This document shows, in pieces, positions 20,807 through 25,129 of a stretch of DNA of 25,129 nucleotides. Both the position numbers and the translations under genes were made by a program. Below the pieces are notes generated by a model, which worked only from the letters and a program-made list of their open reading frames with translations, searched no databases and was not told the DNA's origin. Source of the stretch: a virus. Taxonomy: Duplodnaviria > Heunggongvirae > Uroviricota > Caudoviricetes. How positions within the stretch are numbered: position 1 is the first letter of the stretch; the number at the start of each line of letters is the position of its first letter. Location: IMG/VR virus record IMGVR_UViG_2706794666_000002, one strand, 5' to 3'.

Positions 20807-23716
20807 ATGGCAGTAAAGATTTCAGGTGTACTGAAAGACGGCACAGGAAAACCGGTACAGAACTGCACAATCCAGCTGAAAGCAAAACGTAACAGCACCA
20901 CGGTGGTGGTGAACACGCTGGCCTCAGAAAATCCGGATGAAGCCGGGCGTTACAGCATGGACGTTGAGTACGGTCAGTACAGCGTTATTCTGTTGGTGGA
21001 AGGATTCCCGCCGTCACATGCCGGGACCATCACCGTGTATGAAGATTCCCGACCCGGTACGCTGAATGATTTTCTCGGTGCCATGACGGAGGATGATGCC
21101 CGTCCGGAGGCACTGCGCCGTTTTGAGCTGATGGTGGAAGAGGTGGCGCGTAACGCGTCCGCGGTGGCACAGAACACGGCAGCCGCGAAGAAATCAGCCA
21201 GCGATGCCAGCACATCAGCCCGTGAGGCGGCAACCCATGCGACTGATGCTGCAGATTCAGCACGTGCAGCCAGCACGTCAGCCGGACAGGCCGCTTCGTC
21301 GGCTCAGTCAGCGTCTTCCAGCGCAGGAACGGCATCAACAAAGGCCACTGAAGCCTCAAAAAGTGCTGCCGCTGCAGAGTCCTCAAAAAGCGCGGCGGCT
21401 ACCAGTGCCGGTGCGGCGAAAACGTTAGAAACGAATGCGGCAGCGTCACAACAATCAGCAGCCACTTCTGCATCCACCGCGACCACGAAAGCGTCAGAAG
21501 CTGCCACCTCAGCCCGGGATGCGTCGGCTTCAAAAGAGGCGGCAAAATCATCAGAAACNNNNNNNNNNNNNNNNNNNNNNNNNNNNNNNNNNNNNNNNNN
21601 NNNNNNNNNNNNNNNNNNNNNNNNNNNNNNNNNNNNNNNNNNNNNNNNNNNNNNNNNNNNNNNNNNNNNNNNNNNNNNNNNNNNNNNNNNNNNNNNNNNN
21701 NNNNNNNNNNNNNNNNNNNNNNNNNNNNNNNNNNNNNNNNNNNNNNNNNNNNNNNNNNNNNNNNNNNNNNNNNNNNNNNNNNNNNNNNNNNNNNNNNNNN
21801 NNNNNNNNNNNNNNNNNNNNNNNNNNGAGGCGACCAGACAGGCGTCAGCAGCGAAGGGCAGCGCCACGACGGCATCCACGAAGGCGACAGAGGCTGCTGG
21901 TAGTGCGACGGCAGCAGCTCAGAGCAAAAGTACGGCGGAATCTGCAGCAACGCGCGCTGAGACAGCGGCAAAACGGGCAGAGGATATTGCATCCGCCGTG
22001 GCGCTTGAGGATGCGAGCACGACGAAAAAGGGGATAGTACAGCTCAGTAGTGCGACTAACAGCACTTCCGAGTCACTGGCGGCAACACCAAAAGCCGTTA
22101 AGGCCGCGTATGACCTGGCTAACGGGAAATACACCGCACAGGATGCAACGACAGCACAGAAAGGGATAATCCAGCTAAGCAGCGCGACCAACAGCACGTC
22201 TGAAACGCTGGCGGCAACGCCAAAGGCAGTAAAAGCAGCCAATGACAATGCTGAGAAACGTCTGCAGAAAGATCAGAACGGTGCGGATATCCCTGGCAAA
22301 GACACCTTTACGAAAAATATTGGTGCCTGCCGTGCCTTCGGTGGGTCAGTAAGCACAACAACAGGAAACTGGACGACTGCACAGTTTATCGAGTGGCTGG
22401 ATTCTCAGGGAGCATTTAACCATCCATACTGGATGTGCAAGGGTTCCTGGTCTTATGGCAATAATAAAATCATTACTGATACTGGCTGCGGTAATATTCA
22501 TCTCGCCGGAGCTGTCATTGAAGTAATGGGGATAAAGTCAGCGATGACGATCCGCATTACCACTCCGACCACATCCAGCGGTGGCGGAACAACCAACGCC
22601 CAGTTTACCTATATTAATCACGGAACAGATTATTCACCTGGCTGGCGAAGGGACTATAACTCCAGAAATAAGCCAACGGCATCAGAGATCGGGGCGCTAC
22701 CGTCAGGTGGAACAGCAGTATCATCAGTTAATCTGGCTTCAAAAGGTCGGGTAGCCGCGCTGACAGACAATACGCAGGGGGCAGCAGGTCTTGAGTTATA
22801 CGAGGTGTATAACAACGGATATCCAACAGCGTATGGAAATATCATTCACCTGAAAGGGATGACAGCCGTTGGCGAAGGTGAGTTACTCATCGGCTGGAGT
22901 GGTACAAGCGGTGCTCATGCTCCGGCATTTATTCGTTCACGACGGGATACGACCGACGCAAACTGGTCGCCGTGGGCGCAGCTTTACACCTCGGCTCATC
23001 CTCCTGCAGAGTTTTATCCAGTCGGTGCACCAATCCCGTGGCCATCAGATACCGTTCCGTCTGGTTATGCCCTGATGCAGGGGCAGACTTTTGACAAATC
23101 TGCTTACCCGAAACTTGCAGCCGCTTATCCGTCAGGCGTGATCCCTGATATGCGTGGCTGGACGATTAAGGGCAAGCCCGCCAGTGGTCGTGCCGTATTG
23201 TCTCAGGAACAGGATGGCATTAAATCGCACACCCACAGCGCCAGCGCATCCAGTACGGATTTGGGGACGAAAACCACATCGTCGTTTGATTACGGCACTA
23301 AATCCACGAATAACACCGGGGCGCATACGCACAGTCTGAGCGGCTCTACAAGTTCAGCTGGGGCCCACCAACATAGTCAGACTGGGCCCAGAACGAATAG
23401 CGGGAGTCAACCTACTGGAATGTTTCCGGCAGGGAGTACTCAAGTTAGCGGGACTAATCAGGTTGGTATCAGTGGCTCATTAACCAGTGGCACCTCCCAA
23501 TGGGTAGGTAAATCATCTTCAGAAGGAAACCATACACACTCACTGTCCGGCACAGCAGCATCTGCGGGTGCACACGCGCATACTGTCGGTATTGGTGCTC
23601 ATACGCACTCTGTTGCGATTGGTTCACATGGACACACCATCACCGTTAACGCTGCTGGTAACGCGGAAAACACCGTCAAAAACATCGCATTTAACTATAT
23701 TGTGAGGCTCGCATAA
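20807..23716 (+). CDS. stf: Side tail fibre protein Stf (about 969 aa as written; contains a 268-nt N run)
   Basis: N-terminus [60 protein letters not shown] and C-terminus ...[31 protein letters not shown] match lambda Stf. The frame is continuous across the N run. The central about 230 residues are not lambda-like. Confidence 0.9.
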   Translation: MAVKISGVLKDGTGKPVQNCTIQLKAKRNSTTVVVNTLASENPDEAGRYSMDVEYGQYSVILLVEGFPPSHAGTITVYEDSRPGTLNDFLGAMTEDDARPEALRRFELMVEEVARNASAVAQNTAAAKKSASDASTSAREAATHATDAADSARAASTSAGQAASSAQSASSSAGTASTKATEASKSAAAAESSKSAAATSAGAAKTLETNAAASQQSAATSASTATTKASEAATSARDASASKEAAKSSEXXXXXXXXXXXXXXXXXXXXXXXXXXXXXXXXXXXXXXXXXXXXXXXXXXXXXXXXXXXXXXXXXXXXXXXXXXXXXXXXXXXXXXXXXXEATRQASAAKGSATTASTKATEAAGSATAAAQSKSTAESAATRAETAAKRAEDIASAVALEDASTTKKGIVQLSSATNSTSESLAATPKAVKAAYDLANGKYTAQDATTAQKGIIQLSSATNSTSETLAATPKAVKAANDNAEKRLQKDQNGADIPGKDTFTKNIGACRAFGGSVSTTTGNWTTAQFIEWLDSQGAFNHPYWMCKGSWSYGNNKIITDTGCGNIHLAGAVIEVMGIKSAMTIRITTPTTSSGGGTTNAQFTYINHGTDYSPGWRRDYNSRNKPTASEIGALPSGGTAVSSVNLASKGRVAALTDNTQGAAGLELYEVYNNGYPTAYGNIIHLKGMTAVGEGELLIGWSGTSGAHAPAFIRSRRDTTDANWSPWAQLYTSAHPPAEFYPVGAPIPWPSDTVPSGYALMQGQTFDKSAYPKLAAAYPSGVIPDMRGWTIKGKPASGRAVLSQEQDGIKSHTHSASASSTDLGTKTTSSFDYGTKSTNNTGAHTHSLSGSTSSAGAHQHSQTGPRTNSGSQPTGMFPAGSTQVSGTNQVGISGSLTSGTSQWVGKSSSEGNHTHSLSGTAASAGAHAHTVGIGAHTHSVAIGSHGHTITVNAAGNAENTVKNIAFNYIVRLA
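21559..21826. other. Run of 268 undetermined bases (N) inside stf
   Basis: Directly visible. Falls inside the Ala/Ser/Thr-rich low-complexity part of Stf. Confidence 1.
22027..22240 (+). repeat. Two imperfect direct copies (about 82 nt each, about 132 nt apart) encoding the phage tail-fibre repeat motif
   Basis: 22027..22108 encodes [30 protein letters not shown]. 22159..22240 encodes [30 protein letters not shown]. Confidence 0.75.
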
Positions 23717-24297
23717 TGGCATTCAGAATGAGTGAACAAGCACGGACCATAAAAATTTATAACCTGCTGGCCGGAACTAATGAATTTATTGGTGAAGGTG
23801 ACGCATATATTCCGCCTCATACAGGTCTGCCTGCAAACAGTACCGATATTGCACCGCCAGATATTCCGGCTGGTTTCGTGGCTGTTTTCAACAGTGATGA
23901 GTCATCGTGGCATCTCGTTGAAGATCATCGGGGTAAAACGGTTTATGACGTGGCTTCCGGCGACGCGTTATTTATTTCTGAACTCGGCTCATTACCGGAA
24001 AATGTCACCTGGTTATCCCCGGAAGGGGAGTTTCAGAAGTGGAACGGCACAGCCTGGGTGAAGGATACGGAAGCAGAAAAACTGTTCCGGATCCGGGAGG
24101 CGGAAGAAACAAAAAACAGCCTGATGCAGGTAGCCAGTGAGCATATAGCGCCGCTTCAGGATGCTGTGGATCTGGAGATCGCAACGGAGAAAGAAACCTT
24201 GTTGCTGGAAGCTTGGAAAAAGTATCGGGTGTTGCTGAACCGTGTTGATACATCAACTGCACCGGATATTGAATGGCCAGTAGCACCTATAGGGTAA
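23716..24297 (+). CDS. tfa: Tail fibre assembly chaperone Tfa, 193 aa
   Basis: [54 protein letters not shown]... matches lambda Tfa. Start overlaps the stf stop (TAATGG). The last few residues (WPVAPIG) differ from lambda as I recall it. Confidence 0.9.
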   Translation: MAFRMSEQARTIKIYNLLAGTNEFIGEGDAYIPPHTGLPANSTDIAPPDIPAGFVAVFNSDESSWHLVEDHRGKTVYDVASGDALFISELGSLPENVTWLSPEGEFQKWNGTAWVKDTEAEKLFRIREAEETKNSLMQVASEHIAPLQDAVDLEIATEKETLLLEAWKKYRVLLNRVDTSTAPDIEWPVAPIG

Positions 24298-24380
24298 ATT
24301 CGTAATGATTACCTAAATACGTTATTCTTTTGTTAAAAAAGTGATTTTGCTATAGGTAGGGAGTATGTTCTTGGATTAAG

Positions 24381-24414
24381 AATAAAAAATCGCCATGAAA
24401 GAGCTTCATGGCGA
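24381..24414 (-). terminator. Intrinsic-terminator-like hairpin oriented for leftward (minus-strand) transcription
   Basis: Perfect 10-bp inverted repeat TCGCCATGAA / TTCATGGCGA with a 5-nt loop at 24390..24414. On the minus strand it is followed by TTTTTTATT (plus-strand AATAAAAAA at 24381..24389). Confidence 0.5.
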
Positions 24415-24562
24415 GTACATAAACGTACAAAATGTGATGAAAGTAGAGTGGCGTAAGCCACTATATTAAGATATGACAATAGCGAAGAAAAGTAAATAAC
24501 ATTTTATGGACGTTTAATTGTTAATTATAAAAACTAGAGTGCCCGATATTGTTTATCTTGCT

Positions 24563-24664
24563 TTAAAATAATGTACTCAAACCAAATTTTTGAGCTAAAA
24601 GCTCAAATAATATAAATGCAATAATAATGTTTAATAAGACAATTAGCTTGCTTTGTATTTTCAT
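24563..24664 (-). CDS. Candidate small hydrophobic peptide ORF, 33 aa (speculative)
   Basis: Minus-strand translation MKIQSKLIVLLNIIIAFILFELLAQKFGLSTLF, one predicted transmembrane helix. No convincing Shine-Dalgarno. A sigma70-like promoter candidate lies upstream and the hairpin terminator about 150 nt downstream. The AT-rich context makes chance ORFs of this type common. Confidence 0.2.
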   Translation of the reverse strand: MKIQSKLIVLLNIIIAFILFELLAQKFGLSTLF

Positions 24665-24698
24665 TTCGGAATACTGTTAAGTAACTTTGATGACCCTA

Positions 24699-24727
24699 AC
24701 AATAGATCGGAATTTTCTTAGAGTCAA
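24699..24727 (-). promoter_or_regulatory. Candidate sigma70 promoter on the minus strand (TTGACT, 17 bp, TATTGT)
   Basis: Minus-strand -35 TTGACT (plus 24722..24727) and -10 TATTGT (plus 24699..24704) with a 17-bp spacer. About 30 nt upstream of the candidate small ORF. Confidence 0.3.
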
Positions 24728-25046
24728 TGGTCACTGTTTTTGCTTGCAAAGCAAATGTTTTGGTGGTTATAAGTCGTCTTAATATAGTCACGCATGCAAC
24801 TTGTTCCATGCGGAGATTAAAGATTGGAATATAACGCGAAGATGGAATTAAATTACATTTGCAATAATTAATTTATTATTACTCAATAATTACCGATATT
24901 ATTATTGTAAATTAATCATTAGAATGCAAAAAGAAATGTAACGGCAAAATAAGAGGACGATAGCTGAGAAAAAAGCGTGCTTTCCCAATCTGGGGCAAAT
25001 CACGTCTGAATGACACCTGAAAACAGGTGGTAGCCTCAAGAAGGCT

Positions 25047-25129
25047 GGTGATGCTGCCAACTTACTGATTTAGTGTATGATGGTGTTTTTGAGGTGCTCC
25101 AGTGGCTTCTGTTTCTATCAGCTGTCCCT
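25047..25129 (+). mobile_element. IS1 left end (left terminal inverted repeat and start of insA), truncated by the window edge
   Basis: GGTGATGCTGCCAACTTACTGATTTAGTGTATGATGGTGTTTTTGAGGTGCTCCAGTGGCTTCTGTTTCTATCAGCTGTCCCT matches the IS1 left terminus as I remember it. Confidence 0.9.
25102..25129 (+). CDS. insA: IS1 InsA, 5' end only (GTG start; continues beyond the window)
   Basis: GTG GCT TCT GTT TCT ATC AGC TGT CCC encodes (M)ASVSISCP, the InsA N-terminus. Confidence 0.8.

Noticed and set aside
24697-24810. 37-codon minus-strand ORF (MEQVACVTILRRLITTKTF...) in the AT-rich island
   Set aside because: No Shine-Dalgarno, overlaps the candidate promoter of the other small ORF, and the composition is unremarkable. 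Most likely chance.

Overview
This window is the late (virion morphogenesis) arm of a lambda-like prophage, almost gene-for-gene colinear with phage lambda. All comparisons to lambda are from memory of its proteins and coordinates; no search was run. Reading left to right on the + strand: cosN/cosB, terminase nu1/A, W, portal B, protease C with nested scaffold nu3, D, major capsid E, FI, FII, Z, U, V, G and the G-T frameshift product, tape measure H, M, L, K, I, host-specificity protein J, a disrupted lom, side tail fibre stf and tfa. Left of cos lies an AT-rich two-gene moron on the minus strand (YlcI/YnfO-like ribbon-helix-helix protein plus a probable DUF1398 protein). Right of tfa lies an AT-rich, ORF-poor island that ends at the left end of IS1 at the window edge. 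Two N runs interrupt A (3140-3394) and stf (21559-21826). The most interesting points are the cos-proximal moron, an apparently variant 12-nt cohesive end, mosaic low-GC replacements in the J C-terminus and stf centre, the frameshifted lom, a K ORF longer than the classical lambda annotation, and a possible small minus-strand transcription unit in the AT-rich island. No rRNA, tRNA or CRISPR array was seen.
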